A stretch of 64,000 nucleotides of DNA from Candidatus Bathyarchaeota archaeon (GTDB lineage: Archaea > Thermoproteota > Bathyarchaeia > Bathyarchaeales > Bathycorpusculaceae), in assembly GCA_963717465.1 (NCBI GenBank), contig OY970340.1, forward strand, positions 2,720,001 to 2,784,000. Reading direction: 5' to 3'. A program made the translations under genes and the position numbers. Under the pieces are notes generated by a model. That model was given only the letters and a program-made list of their open reading frames with translations. It did no database searches and was not told the DNA's origin. This document shows positions 1 to 10,297 of this stretch, one piece after another. Every line of letters begins with the position of its first letter. Position 1 is the stretch's first letter.

Positions 1-378
1 TTTCTGCCTGGACTTGCAGCAGGAGGAAAAATGAGTGCGTCACAGCCTGAAACAAGCATATTTACAATGGATACTCCGGAAACAGTAAAGAAGAAGATTT
101 GGAATGCTTTCACGGGTGGAAAAGGCACAGCAGCAGAACAGCGCAAAACGGGAGCAGACCCCGCGATCTGCAGCATATATCAGTACTACTTTTTCCTGTT
201 TGAGGAAGACGATGAAAAACTTGCTGAGCGCGAAAGAAAATGTCGGGCAGGCGAAACGCTTTGCGGCGAATGCAAAAAGGACATAGCAGATAAACTAAAC
301 AAGTTCCTTGAAGCCCATAGGGAACGAAGAGAAAAAGCCAAAGACACAATAGACCAATACCGCCTTAAACGCAGGTGA
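1..378 (+). CDS. trpS: Tryptophanyl-tRNA synthetase, C-terminal part (truncated by window)
   Basis: Frame from base 1 reads FLPGLAAGGKMSAS (KMSxS motif), then archaeal TrpRS anticodon domain (AFTGG, CGECKK). Confidence 0.93.
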   Translation, partial: FLPGLAAGGKMSASQPETSIFTMDTPETVKKKIWNAFTGGKGTAAEQRKTGADPAICSIYQYYFFLFEEDDEKLAERERKCRAGETLCGECKKDIADKLNKFLEAHRERREKAKDTIDQYRLKRR

Positions 379-464
379 GAGTAGCGTCTTAGCTGATCTG
401 AAATTAAATCTTAATTAACTCTGTTGCACTTCTATTTATTTGAGGTATTTCTACGGGAACAATT

Positions 465-1289
465 ATGAACCCAAAGAAAGACTTCCCAAGTGTTCTTGAC
501 AGTGCTTATGAGCAGTACCAGCGTGAATTAGAGCTTTGCAAACTTGTTGAGGAGATTATGAGCAGAGAAGTTGTTACCGTAAATCCTGAATTAACCATGG
601 ATGAAGCTGCTGGAATGATGGGTGAAAAACACATCGGAAGCCTAATCGTAACCAAGTACGAAACGCCAGTTGGAATAGTAACTGAAAGGGATCTTTTAAG
701 CAAAGTTTTAGCAGAAGGCAAAGACTTACAAAAAACGACTGTTGAGTCAGTCATGTCCTACCCGCTTGTCGCTATATGCCCCAATGCAAGAATAAAAGAA
801 GCTGCACAAATGATGATAAAAAAGAAGGGACGCCTAGCAGTATTTGATTGCGGAAATCTTGTGGGCGTAATAACAGCTTCAGACCTTATCAAGAGTTTAC
901 CTGATGTAGAGGAAACAGCTGTTAGAGTAGATGATTTTATGACAAAGCAGGTTCTAACAGTTGACGAGCAAACATCTGTCAGTGCAGTGGCTAAAATTAT
1001 GGGTGAAAAACGGGTTGGAAGCCTAATTGTAACCAGCAAAGGGAAGCCGAACAGCATTTTTACTGAAAGAGACTTGTTAACAACGTTCCTACAAAAAGCA
1101 AAACCCATGGAAACAAACGTTGGGTCCCAATCTTCATCGCCGCTTATAACTGCTCCTTCGGAAACAAGCATTCATAAAGCCGCTGCCTTAATGGCAATTA
1201 AACATATCAGGCGATTGCCCATCACAAAAACTGGCAAACTTGCAGGCATTATCACTGCCCGTGACCTAGTTGAAGCATACGCAAAATAA
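465..1289 (+). CDS. CBS-domain protein (two CBS pairs)
   Basis: Repeated CBS motifs GIVTERDLL, GVITASDLI, SIFTERDLL, GIITARDLV. Confidence 0.9.
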   Translation: MNPKKDFPSVLDSAYEQYQRELELCKLVEEIMSREVVTVNPELTMDEAAGMMGEKHIGSLIVTKYETPVGIVTERDLLSKVLAEGKDLQKTTVESVMSYPLVAICPNARIKEAAQMMIKKKGRLAVFDCGNLVGVITASDLIKSLPDVEETAVRVDDFMTKQVLTVDEQTSVSAVAKIMGEKRVGSLIVTSKGKPNSIFTERDLLTTFLQKAKPMETNVGSQSSSPLITAPSETSIHKAAALMAIKHIRRLPITKTGKLAGIITARDLVEAYAK

Positions 1290-1425
1290 ACAAGATACTT
1301 TCAGATTGTTCGAGGCTATCGATTGAGAGCTGCATTAGCGAAGCTTTTGATTCTTTAAATCGCGCTTTGAGTGTGCATCAATTTACGTCGTAGTCAATCT
1401 GAAGAGAAATAAAAAGTATTTAACG

Positions 1426-1548
1426 TTAAGTCATGTGACACTTATGCTTAACCAGTCTATGCACACGTAACTCTTCTGGAGTGTTGAAACGGGCAGAACA
1501 TATTCGACATGTAAAGTAGTCGCCAGTAAATTCTTTATAAATCAACAT
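1426..1548 (-). CDS. 40-aa C2H2 zinc-finger microprotein (not in ORF track)
   Basis: Manual translation MLIYKEFTGDYFTCRICSARFNTPEELRVHRLVKHKCHMT matches C-x2-C-x3-F-x5-L-x2-H-x4-H; purine-rich GGAGA/AGGT upstream. Confidence 0.75.
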   Translation of the reverse strand: MLIYKEFTGDYFTCRICSARFNTPEELRVHRLVKHKCHMT

Positions 1549-1759
1549 ACCTATCTCATCTTCTCCGTAAATCGTATAGAACGGTATCCGTGTTAATAAA
1601 TGGATAATTCCGATTTGAAATATGTCAGCCTACGAAAACAGTCGATGATTTGAACTAGTTGAAGCTGCTACTACGCTTTTGCAAAAGCAATCGTTCAGAG
1701 CCATAGATAGAGAAAAATAAAAAAGCAACCCTTCAAGTCACTTGTACTCTGGTGATTTA

Positions 1760-2311
1760 ATGTCCTCAAAACCCCAAGTTAACTTATCCCAAGCATACAG
1801 ACTGCTTCATCCAATGCACACAGTTCTTGTTTCGTGCATGGGGAAAAGTGGGAAACCAAACATTATGACAGTTGCATGGGCAATGCCAACATCAATCGAT
1901 CCACCGCTGGTAGCCATCAGCATTTCTCCTAAACGTTACTCGCACACGTTAATTCAGGAATCAATGGAGTTCATAATTAACATTCCAACTCTTGAACTGC
2001 TGCAAGGCACATATGCTTGCGGCTCTCTAACTGGCAGAAGCTTTGACAAATTCAAAAAAGCAGGTTTAACCCCAATGCCAGCAAAAAGAGTCAAGGCACC
2101 CGCAATTCGAGAATGCATCGCACATTTAGAATGCGCTGTTAGCGACCAATTTACTACGGGCGATCACACAGTTTTCGTAGGCAAGATAATTGAAGCTTAT
2201 GCTGACCAAGGAGTATTCGCGGAAAATTACGATATGAAAAAGGTACGAATGATCTACCATGTTGGCGGAAACAACTTCGCGATTCTTGACCCAAGAATTT
2301 ACAAGCCATAA
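1760..2311 (+). CDS. Flavin reductase family protein
   Basis: PNIMTVAW, DKF, GDHTVFVGKI motifs; GGTGA SD before ATG at 1760. Confidence 0.88.
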   Translation: MSSKPQVNLSQAYRLLHPMHTVLVSCMGKSGKPNIMTVAWAMPTSIDPPLVAISISPKRYSHTLIQESMEFIINIPTLELLQGTYACGSLTGRSFDKFKKAGLTPMPAKRVKAPAIRECIAHLECAVSDQFTTGDHTVFVGKIIEAYADQGVFAENYDMKKVRMIYHVGGNNFAILDPRIYKP

Positions 2312-2473
2312 CGATTTTAAATAATTTTAGAGACGCCCATTTTTTATTTGCAGGTCAACAATTTAGTAAGAGGAAGGAACATGATTATTTTTTTCTAAAA
2401 AACTCAAGTGAAAGATTATTATTTAAGTACCTAACGCATTATCAAAATTAGAACTGGTCGATGTGAAACATCT

Positions 2474-3379
2474 ATGCTTTATGATAAGGAAGAACTGGAA
2501 AAATTTCGTTTATCAGGAAGAATACTTCGCGAGACTCGCGAAGAAGTAAAGCTTTTTGTTAAGGAAAATATGCCTATAATCGACGTTTGCGAAAAAGTGG
2601 AAGGGTTAATCCGTACTAAAGGTGGAAAGCCTGCTTTCCCTTGCAATGTGTCAATTAATGAGATTGCTGCACATTATACTTCACCACCAAATGATAAGTC
2701 AACTATTCCTGAAAACAGTGTCGTTAAAGTTGACCTCGGCGTGCAAGTTGACGGCTACGTTACTGATACAGCATTCACAGCCTGCTTTAATCCTGAATGC
2801 AAAACAATGGCAAGCACGGCTGAATATGCGTTAAAAGTAGCCCTTTCAAACATTCGTTCGGATATGATGATTGGTAGAATCGGCGGTGTGATTGAAAACG
2901 CTATTAAGAACCGTGGTTTCAAGCCGATCTCGAACTTGACTGGCCACTCTGTTGGAAGATACTTGATTCACGCGGGGATATCAATTCCTAATGTTTCTCA
3001 ACCACTTACAATTACAAAAATTAGAACAGGAGAGATTTATGCTTTGGAGCCATTCGTTACCCAACTTGACGCGATTGGTCGAGTCGATGAAGGTTCACAA
3101 GCAACTATTTTTAGGTTCGTAAAAGCTCGTTCATTGAAGAATCAGTACGCTCAAAAACTCCTAAAGCACATTGAAGTTAATTTTCGAACATTGCCTTTTG
3201 CTGAACGTTGGTTAATAGGTGTAGTTCCAGAAGAGCAGCATCGTGCGGCATTCAAAGAATTGCTTACTTCAAAAGCAGTAGCTTCTTACCAGGTTTTCGT
3301 TGAGGTAAGCAAGAAACCTGTTGCCCAAGCTGAACACACAGTAATTGTAAAAGAAGATGGATGCGAAATTTTAACTTAA
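2474..3379 (+). CDS. map: Methionine aminopeptidase type II
   Basis: AFPCNVSINEIAAHYT, DLGVQVDGYVTDTA, NLTGH, EPF, AEHTVIV metal-binding motifs. Confidence 0.96.
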   Translation: MLYDKEELEKFRLSGRILRETREEVKLFVKENMPIIDVCEKVEGLIRTKGGKPAFPCNVSINEIAAHYTSPPNDKSTIPENSVVKVDLGVQVDGYVTDTAFTACFNPECKTMASTAEYALKVALSNIRSDMMIGRIGGVIENAIKNRGFKPISNLTGHSVGRYLIHAGISIPNVSQPLTITKIRTGEIYALEPFVTQLDAIGRVDEGSQATIFRFVKARSLKNQYAQKLLKHIEVNFRTLPFAERWLIGVVPEEQHRAAFKELLTSKAVASYQVFVEVSKKPVAQAEHTVIVKEDGCEILT

Positions 3380-3789
3380 ATCGCATAAGTTTTTTCTTTT
3401 TCAGTAATTTCTTTGAAAATTCCCGTTATTACTTGACGACCACTGCATTTCTGGCAAGCACCGACATCTTTGAACACGAAATCGCCGCGTTGGTGTTCAC
3501 GAGAACTTTTTGTTCCACAGCTTTTGCATTCTATTATGCTCATTACTTTTGGAGGTTCATTTTTCTTCGCTGTTGTTTGCCTTCTATTTTGATAAAGAAC
3601 GGCCCCTGCAGATGCTATGGCAATCACGCCAAGCAAGGCAAAGATTCCAGCGGCAACTGTATACCCAGTTGTCAGTAATACGCCGCATAGCAGCAACGTG
3701 AAAACGGCGAGGACTATAACTATAGCAATTATCATCATTAGGTAACTTGAGAGCTTTGCATTAGCCTGAGATTCTTTACTTTGAAACAT
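3376..3789 (-). CDS. Two-TM membrane protein with C-terminal Zn-ribbon
   Basis: Two hydrophobic helices followed by CKSC...GDFVFK...CQKC. Confidence 0.7.
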   Translation of the reverse strand: MFQSKESQANAKLSSYLMMIIAIVIVLAVFTLLLCGVLLTTGYTVAAGIFALLGVIAIASAGAVLYQNRRQTTAKKNEPPKVMSIIECKSCGTKSSREHQRGDFVFKDVGACQKCSGRQVITGIFKEITEKEKTYAI

Positions 3790-3802
3790 CTTTCATTTAC
3801 TC

Positions 3803-4914
3803 CTATTGTCCTACTCCAATGCTGTTGCCTACACCGACAATTATGACTTTATCGCCTTGTTTGGTTCTCTCTGTGATAACAGCTTTTATTCGTTCAATAA
3901 CCTTGTCTGCAGCATCGTGGATTTCTTTTCTCATGGGTGAAACTGCATCGCCAATGTCTTCTTTAATTATAACCGCGTTTATTGGAATGTTGTATTTAGC
4001 GATTTTTTCTTCAATCTTAAAAGCATCCACTCCTGGACCACCAATTGCTGCACCGATACCTTCAGCGACCTCTCCGACTGTTTCGCCTTCAAGTTTTAAG
4101 CCCGCGTCAATCATTATCAAGTTTGCAATTTTGCCTTCATTTTCTTCTATGACTGCTTCCATAGCGTCTCCTGGTTTGCCGACATTTCCGCCTGGACCTT
4201 CAGCTTTTATGATTATGGCAGTGCGTCCTTCAATTGGCACTTCTGCTACCACGCAATCTTTTTTCACCTTTCTTACTTCATAACCCTGCATCATTTTTGC
4301 GGCAACTAATGGTCCTGCACCATCTCCTATCGGCTGACCGTTAGCGAATGCTTTAAGTGCATTTGCGTAAGCTTCTGCTTCTTTCATAACCAAGGGCAAT
4401 ATCATTTGTAGCTGCATTATTATGTATAGGCTTAATGTTTTTTTGCCTTGGATGTAATAGTGTCGAACCACTTTGTAAATGTAGTTTAACGCCATTGCGG
4501 CTTCCAGAGTGTTTTCCAAATTGTTAATTTGGACTTCATCGCTTGAAGGAGCCATCAATTTTACTTCATCTTTAAGACGTTCGTCTCTAACGTCAAGTAT
4601 GTGATCCAGCTTGTTGACTAATACCTGATGGATCCATACTTTGTGGGGCAATAGTGAAGTAATCTAAATAACGATCCACATGGCTGGTAGGATCAACTTG
4701 TGGCTTACCTATCTCTTTTAATGTTTCGATAGCCATTTTTCGCCCTTCTTCTTTTATGAACTTTAATTTGTGAAGGTTAGCTTCAACTTCACGAATCATA
4801 ATGTACATTTGTATTCGTTGACCATAAAAAATGAACACTATGAAGACATGCGTAAAATGCTATACTTAGTATCTGTGAGAACAAGTCAGTACCAGTGCCT
4901 GTAAGAAGACTCAT
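3803..4914 (-). CDS. DUF1512 family protein (frameshifted in this assembly)
   Basis: PIGDGAGPLVA, KAEGPGGNVG, DAGLKLEGE, GVGNSIGVGQ; N-terminus in ORF 4593-4838 and from ATG 4914; indels near 4630 and 4845. Confidence 0.8.
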
Positions 4915-5010
4915 CTTTTAAACACCCTTTCTCTCACAAACTATTATCACTTAGTTATAAAGCTATGCCAAATTCACCCATTATTCTGCCTTAAATAGTG
5001 AATTAGATAG

Positions 5011-5130
5011 GTTGCCAGCTTTCTCAGGTTCACGTGGCCTAAGACCACACTACAGCTGGGAACGGAACACGGTTTAACTTCTGAGTTCGGAATGGGATCA
5101 GGTGGAACCCGTGCCCTATGGCCGGCAAAC
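5011..5130 (-). rRNA. rrf: 5S rRNA (stand-alone)
   Basis: Reverse complement has GGCCATAG...CCACCTGATCCCATTCCGAACTCAGAAGTTAA, about 120 nt, with pairing 5' TTGCCGGC / 3' GCTGGCAA ends. Confidence 0.95.
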
Positions 5131-5549
5131 CCAACGTATCTGGAATGATATCCTAAATTAACCTTTCGCTTATAATGTGTCAATTTCCAATGACTCCTTC
5201 AAAAAACGCCCAGCCTCTTCTCTAATAAAAACGATCTTTTTAGAGCTTAACATTGCAGGTTATTTAGCCAAACAACCGAACGTTAGGGAATACACACATA
5301 AACTGATATTAAGAAACATGAAAATGCCCGATGCCTCCAAAGGTTTTAAGCCAGGACAGCCTAATCGCCGATTTTCCGAACTTAAGCAAGCAGAAATAAA
5401 CAATGAAATGTTTAATTTTTAATATTGTAGAAGCTGGTTTACAATTTGATTTTGGCAATTATATGTTGAATGCAAAATTCTCCACATGATGTTTGAACAA
5501 TGCGGTAAAAGTTAATATTATTTTAAAATGTATTGTTTGTTTGGTAAGC

Positions 5550-5780
5550 ATGACTTCGGAAGCAGAAATTAAGAACAAGGTAGATAAAATAAAAGAATTG
5601 CAATCTCAAATAGAAAGTCTACAAAAAGACGTTAATGTCGTAACAAGGAATTTGCAGGCAACGCGAACAGGAACCTTTTTTGTGACACTCCCTAGAGGAT
5701 GGTGTGAAGCCCACAAACTAAAGAAAGGCTCACAAATTACAATTTCAGTGCAGAAAGATAGCTTAATCATTATTCCTTAG
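5550..5780 (+). CDS. AbrB/MazE/SpoVT-type DNA-binding protein with N-terminal coiled coil
   Basis: RNLQ..GTFFVTLPRGW...LKKGSQI...LIIIP swapped-hairpin pattern. Confidence 0.75.
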   Translation: MTSEAEIKNKVDKIKELQSQIESLQKDVNVVTRNLQATRTGTFFVTLPRGWCEAHKLKKGSQITISVQKDSLIIIP

Positions 5781-5871
5781 TAATCATGAAAAGAAATTAA
5801 GGCAACACATTATGCGCATTCGAGCAAGGAGCAAGGTTACTTTTGATGCTTTTCATTTAATAAATAAAGAG

Positions 5872-6008
5872 TGGGGTCGGAGTGATTTGAACACTCAACC
5901 TTTGGGTATCTTCAGACAAGCTCCAAAGTTAAGTCATTCCCCGAAGGGTCAGCATACCCTGTGCTAATCTCTGGAGCCCAACGTCATGCCTGATTAGACT
6001 ACGACCCC
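5872..6008 (-). tRNA. tRNA-Trp(CCA) with 63-nt intron at 37/38
   Basis: Acceptor stem GGGGTCG/CGACCCC, anticodon stem TTGGG/CCCAA with loop CT-CCA-G^A, T-arm GAGTG TTCAAAT CACTC; intron 5908-5970. Confidence 0.93.
5908..5970 (-). ncRNA. Box C/D-like guide RNA within the tRNA-Trp intron
   Basis: D' (CTGA) preceded by GGGTAT complementary to ATACCC; CCC-TTCG-GGG hairpin; C' GGAATGA; guide TTTGGAGC complementary to the anticodon loop; terminal CTGA. Confidence 0.7.
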
Positions 6009-6248
6009 AACACTTCCCTAACAACTCTAAAAACTCATATTTATACAATATGACATAGGTAAGATGCTTAGAACAGAGATGTTATATTAAACATTAGAAA
6101 CAAAAAAGCAAATTGTTCTTCATAAAAACTTGCTGTTCTCCACCTCTAAATCCAGCCGACCACATCAAATGTTTGATTTGAAGATAAAACTCCTATCGAA
6201 GCTTGCCAAATAACCATTGAAGGCAAAACAAATGGATAACTTTACAAA

Positions 6249-6569
6249 ATGCAAGCAATAACACTTTTCATGACTCAATCAACCAAAGAAAATATTGAAA
6301 ATGAAGATAATAAAAGGCAAATTTTATTGACAAAACTTAACGCTGAAATGAAATTTAATGCTATAATGGGCATTAGTCTTATTGCAAGTAGTTTGGTTAT
6401 TTTTTTTGTTAATATTTACATTTACACTTACTTGCTGACTAACGATTATATTAAAGCATACATTAATACCGTCTTAGAAACATTTGCAATTATATTTGCG
6501 GGATACGGAATACGTTATTTAGGCAAAGCACACGGCAATAAGAAACAATTTCGAAAACTCATCACATAA
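6249..6569 (+). CDS. Hypothetical two-TM membrane protein
   Basis: Two hydrophobic segments and a basic C-terminus; start uncertain. Confidence 0.5.
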   Translation: MQAITLFMTQSTKENIENEDNKRQILLTKLNAEMKFNAIMGISLIASSLVIFFVNIYIYTYLLTNDYIKAYINTVLETFAIIFAGYGIRYLGKAHGNKKQFRKLIT

Positions 6570-6689
6570 AACGCTTAAGTCATCAACCGAATTTTTACTT
6601 GGAAGTTTAACGACAACTTTACAGACCAAAATAGGTTACTTTTTAAGCAACACTAGATAATGTTTTTTTTTAATTAGGAGATAATAATA

Positions 6690-7631
6690 GTGGCATCGAT
6701 TGAAGCAGTAAGCCTAACGAAACGGTATGGCGCGTTTACAGCCCTCTCGGATTTTAACTTGAAAATTGAGGGCTCAAAATGCGTAGGTTTTCTGGGACCA
6801 AACGGTTCAGGAAAAACTACGACGCTGAAAATGTTCACTGACTTAATTAGGCCAACCAAGGGAGAAGCCTTAATCAATAATATCAATGTTCACAAACAGA
6901 AGAAGAAAGCATTAGAATCCGTGGGTGCACTAATTGAAACGCCAGAAATTTACTCGTCCCTCACCCCGAGGGAAGCATTAACTATGATTGCCGAGATTCG
7001 CGGTGTGCCTGCTAATGAAAGAAAAAAACGAGTTGAAGAAGCACTTGCTGAAGTGCATTTAGAAGAGTGGATTGACAAGCGAGTAGGCAAGTTTTCGAAG
7101 GGAATGAAACAAAGAGCATGCATTGCATCAGCATTACTTAGCGACCCATCAATTATATTGTTAGATGAACCTACCACCGGACTTGACCCCAGAGGTATGA
7201 GTGAAGTTAGGGATATAATCAAGTCGCTTAAGAGTAAAAATAGACTCATCTTCATGAGTTCACATCTTCTCAGCGAGGTTTCGGATGTTTGCGACCAAGT
7301 GGCAATGATTAATCACGGCAAACTAATTGTGTATGACACAATATCCAATGTAACTGCCAAGTTCTCAGGTGGAAATAACGTTGTAGAAGTTGGACTTCAA
7401 CATCAGATTGACGACAAATTCATTAACAAAACGATTCCGTCATTTGCAGGCGTAGTTAATGTAGAGAAAATGGACGAAAAAGATCTTAAAATAACTTTCA
7501 CTGGCGGATCGGATGCGCAGGAGCAACTCCTCATCAACCTCGTTAAGTTGAATATTGGTGTCATAAGTTACAGACCAGCGGCATCGGAACTTGAAGATGC
7601 ATACTTAAAATTAATTACTGCAACGTTGTGA
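6690..7631 (+). CDS. ABC-2 type transporter ATP-binding protein
   Basis: Walker A GPNGSGKTT, FSKGMKQR, LLDEPTTGLD, SSH. Confidence 0.93.
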   Translation: MASIEAVSLTKRYGAFTALSDFNLKIEGSKCVGFLGPNGSGKTTTLKMFTDLIRPTKGEALINNINVHKQKKKALESVGALIETPEIYSSLTPREALTMIAEIRGVPANERKKRVEEALAEVHLEEWIDKRVGKFSKGMKQRACIASALLSDPSIILLDEPTTGLDPRGMSEVRDIIKSLKSKNRLIFMSSHLLSEVSDVCDQVAMINHGKLIVYDTISNVTAKFSGGNNVVEVGLQHQIDDKFINKTIPSFAGVVNVEKMDEKDLKITFTGGSDAQEQLLINLVKLNIGVISYRPAASELEDAYLKLITATL

Positions 7632-7635
7632 GAAA

Positions 7636-8481
7636 ATGAGCAAAAACCAAGTTGAATCAAAAAATATTTTGCCCAGCAGCTTAACGCAAACGGGCGTTAC
7701 TTTGAAGTACACGTTTCTTGATTATGTGAGATCTCGCAGATTCTACATAATGCTTATAATAACAGTTCTAATAAGCGTACTCTTAACGGTTGTTGTTGGG
7801 CATTATCGCCCGGAGAGTTATCTTTCATCGAACTTATCCTTCTACAACAACTGGTGGGGCAGCTGGGTCACTTTCGTTATCATACTTTCTGGGATATTCT
7901 TTGGAGGCGACGCAATTTCAGGCGAATTCCAAAATAAAACAGGCTATTTTGGAGTTCCAAACCCAATTAGAAGATCATCGATATACATTGGAAAGTGGTT
8001 AGCCGCTTTTATCGCAGCTACTATCATGATAGGCATTTTCACAGTTGTAACATTGGGAAATGGATTATACTATTTCTCAAGCGTTCCATACCAATTTGTA
8101 GAGTCATTCCTATTTTCACTATTCTATCTCATTGCAGTCCTCGGATTCACATTCTTTTTCAGTTCACTATTCAAAAGCAGTTCAGTATCTATACTTATGA
8201 CAGCAATACTTTTCCTTTTCGTGTTCTCACTAGTCCAGACTATCGTATCAGCTTTAGTCCAAATTGAACCATGGTTCATCCTTACTTACGGATCAGACAT
8301 AATCAAAAACGTGCTAACAACAACATACCCAGCAAACGTAGCGACAACAACTATAGGTCGAAACATAACGTTAACAACGTACACCGCAACAATACCTGAA
8401 GGACTTGCAATCATAGGAGTGTACTTCATCGTCACGACAATCATTGGCTTGATTCTTTTCGAAAGAAAAGAATTTACCTAA
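7636..8481 (+). CDS. ABC-2 type transporter permease
   Basis: About 6 TM helices; DAISGEFQNKTG..PIRRSSIYIGKW motif; directly follows the ATPase. Confidence 0.9.
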   Translation: MSKNQVESKNILPSSLTQTGVTLKYTFLDYVRSRRFYIMLIITVLISVLLTVVVGHYRPESYLSSNLSFYNNWWGSWVTFVIILSGIFFGGDAISGEFQNKTGYFGVPNPIRRSSIYIGKWLAAFIAATIMIGIFTVVTLGNGLYYFSSVPYQFVESFLFSLFYLIAVLGFTFFFSSLFKSSSVSILMTAILFLFVFSLVQTIVSALVQIEPWFILTYGSDIIKNVLTTTYPANVATTTIGRNITLTTYTATIPEGLAIIGVYFIVTTIIGLILFERKEFT

Positions 8482-8574
8482 AAAAGCTGGAACGGTTCGC
8501 CCCTCTCAATTTTTTTACCTTTAATCTTCGAACTTTTTCAACAAAATGGAGAAAGCAAAAAAGAGATAGGCTTG

Positions 8575-9606
8575 TTAAAATATCTTGTTAATTTTTGGCT
8601 TTGCTTTGCCTTTAATGCCTATCGCTAATGCCTCTTCTATCTGCAACATGCAATCAACATGATATGCATCGTTGAAAGCTTTGTAGTCAACCTTGTTTAG
8701 GAATGCTGCATCGATTGAAACGGGCGAGTTTGAAGCTAAAATGCCTACGTCTTGCATCATAATTTTACCTGGACCCGGTAGGCAATCACAATACTGGGAG
8801 ATATCTTTTGCAAAACTTACGAAGGATACCTTGTTTGGCTTAAAAGTATTAAGAACCCCATAAGCAGCGGAAGCGATGGCCCTGCAAAGATCATCCTGAT
8901 GAGTGAAACTGATTGCTTCTGCAGGACAAGCCTGTTTGCACATGGGACAGCGCATGCATAGTGGAGATGTGTTTCTGGCTTTTCCTTCAATTATCTGTGG
9001 CAGATTCAAAGCGCATACTTGCTTGCATTTTCCACAGCCAGTGCATTTTGATTCATCTATTTTTAATCCAACTGTTCTGTGTTGCCTTAATTTACCAGTT
9101 TTCGGCGTGCAACCCATGCCTAAATTCTTTATGGCTCCTCCAAAACCCGTAAGCTCATGGCCCTTATCATGGGAAACAACGATCATAGCATCTGCCTCTG
9201 CGATAGCGCCTGAAACTTCAATTTCGTCAAGAATGCCCTTTGTTTTTACAAGCCGATAATTCTCACTCTTTAACCCGTCAGCCACAATGAAAGGTGCAAG
9301 GTTAAAACCATTCATCAACGCCGTAGCCATATGATCAACTGCATTGTTGCGGTGAGCTTGATAATAAGTGTTTGAATCAGTCAAAAATGGTTTACCTCCT
9401 TGCTCCTTAACCTTGCGAATTATGTCATGCACAAAAAAAGGCTGTACATAGAAGGGATTACCCAACTCGCCCACATGCAACTTAATTGCTACAAGGTCGC
9501 CTTTTTTCACACAATCAAAAGTTCCTGCAACATCATAAAGGCGCTCAGTTTCTTTTATCAAATCATGGCTTGTATCCCAAGGAATATAATGAACAGTCAT
9601 AATCAT
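8575..9606 (-). CDS. DUF362 domain / 4Fe-4S ferredoxin-containing protein
   Basis: VAIKLHVGE, SHDKGH..GFGGAIKNLGMG, CTGCGKCKQVC, CMRCPMCKQACP, CDC; GGAGG SD before 9606. Confidence 0.88.
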   Translation of the reverse strand: MIMTVHYIPWDTSHDLIKETERLYDVAGTFDCVKKGDLVAIKLHVGELGNPFYVQPFFVHDIIRKVKEQGGKPFLTDSNTYYQAHRNNAVDHMATALMNGFNLAPFIVADGLKSENYRLVKTKGILDEIEVSGAIAEADAMIVVSHDKGHELTGFGGAIKNLGMGCTPKTGKLRQHRTVGLKIDESKCTGCGKCKQVCALNLPQIIEGKARNTSPLCMRCPMCKQACPAEAISFTHQDDLCRAIASAAYGVLNTFKPNKVSFVSFAKDISQYCDCLPGPGKIMMQDVGILASNSPVSIDAAFLNKVDYKAFNDAYHVDCMLQIEEALAIGIKGKAKPKINKIF

Positions 9607-9860
9607 GCCTCCTTTTAGCAATTTGCGTCTATGCATATAAAGTTAGGCGAATTCAACTTAAAAACCGTCAAGCACTATTTTATTTTCTATTTAGATGATG
9701 CAAAACATCATGCACCCTATGAACCCATTGCTTTTACAAAGGCTAATTTGAAGGTAAGGATTAACGAAGATTCGTAAATTAATGGAACGCCTGGTTATAA
9801 TGATAGTTTTTGAATAATAGATGGCTCGCATTCAGGATAATCGTATTGCTGGGTTCGCTT

Positions 9861-10010
9861 TTAGTCATTGAAGCTTACATCAGAGTTCTTATCTAACAGC
9901 TGCTTTTTCGAGATACGTTGGGTTGATCCTACACTGTATAGAACCCATCCAAAAATCCAAATTATGCAAGCAACTGGAAGCAACACAATTCTTAGCCACC
10001 CTTTGACCAT
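9861..10010 (-). CDS. 49-aa single-TM small membrane protein (not in ORF track)
   Basis: MVKGWLRIVLLPVACIIWIFGWVLYSVGSTQRISKKQLLDKNSDVSFND; GGGAGA SD upstream. Confidence 0.55.
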   Translation of the reverse strand: MVKGWLRIVLLPVACIIWIFGWVLYSVGSTQRISKKQLLDKNSDVSFND

Positions 10011-10297
10011 TTATTCTCCCGCGCGAGTAATTTCGGTTGAATTTACAGATAAGCTTTGCGGCAAAGGAGGCAGTGTTAAATAGCTCAAGACTGTTGATGT
10101 ATGTTTACAGTTTCGTGTTTCAATTTGGTTTCGGTTTGACTTATGTCGATTTTATTCGGAACTGGGAGGAAAATAGTAAGCTGCTGCCACCTAAATCAAT
10201 TAGCGGTTGGAAATGCACCAAGAAATGGCTTGTTTTTTAATTTAATAACAAAAATTTCCTTAAAAATTGCCAAATTGGAAAACTTTATTTCTAATAA

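Noticed and set aside
4974..5183. 69-aa minus-strand ORF
   Set aside because: It overlaps the 5S rRNA gene; spurious translation.
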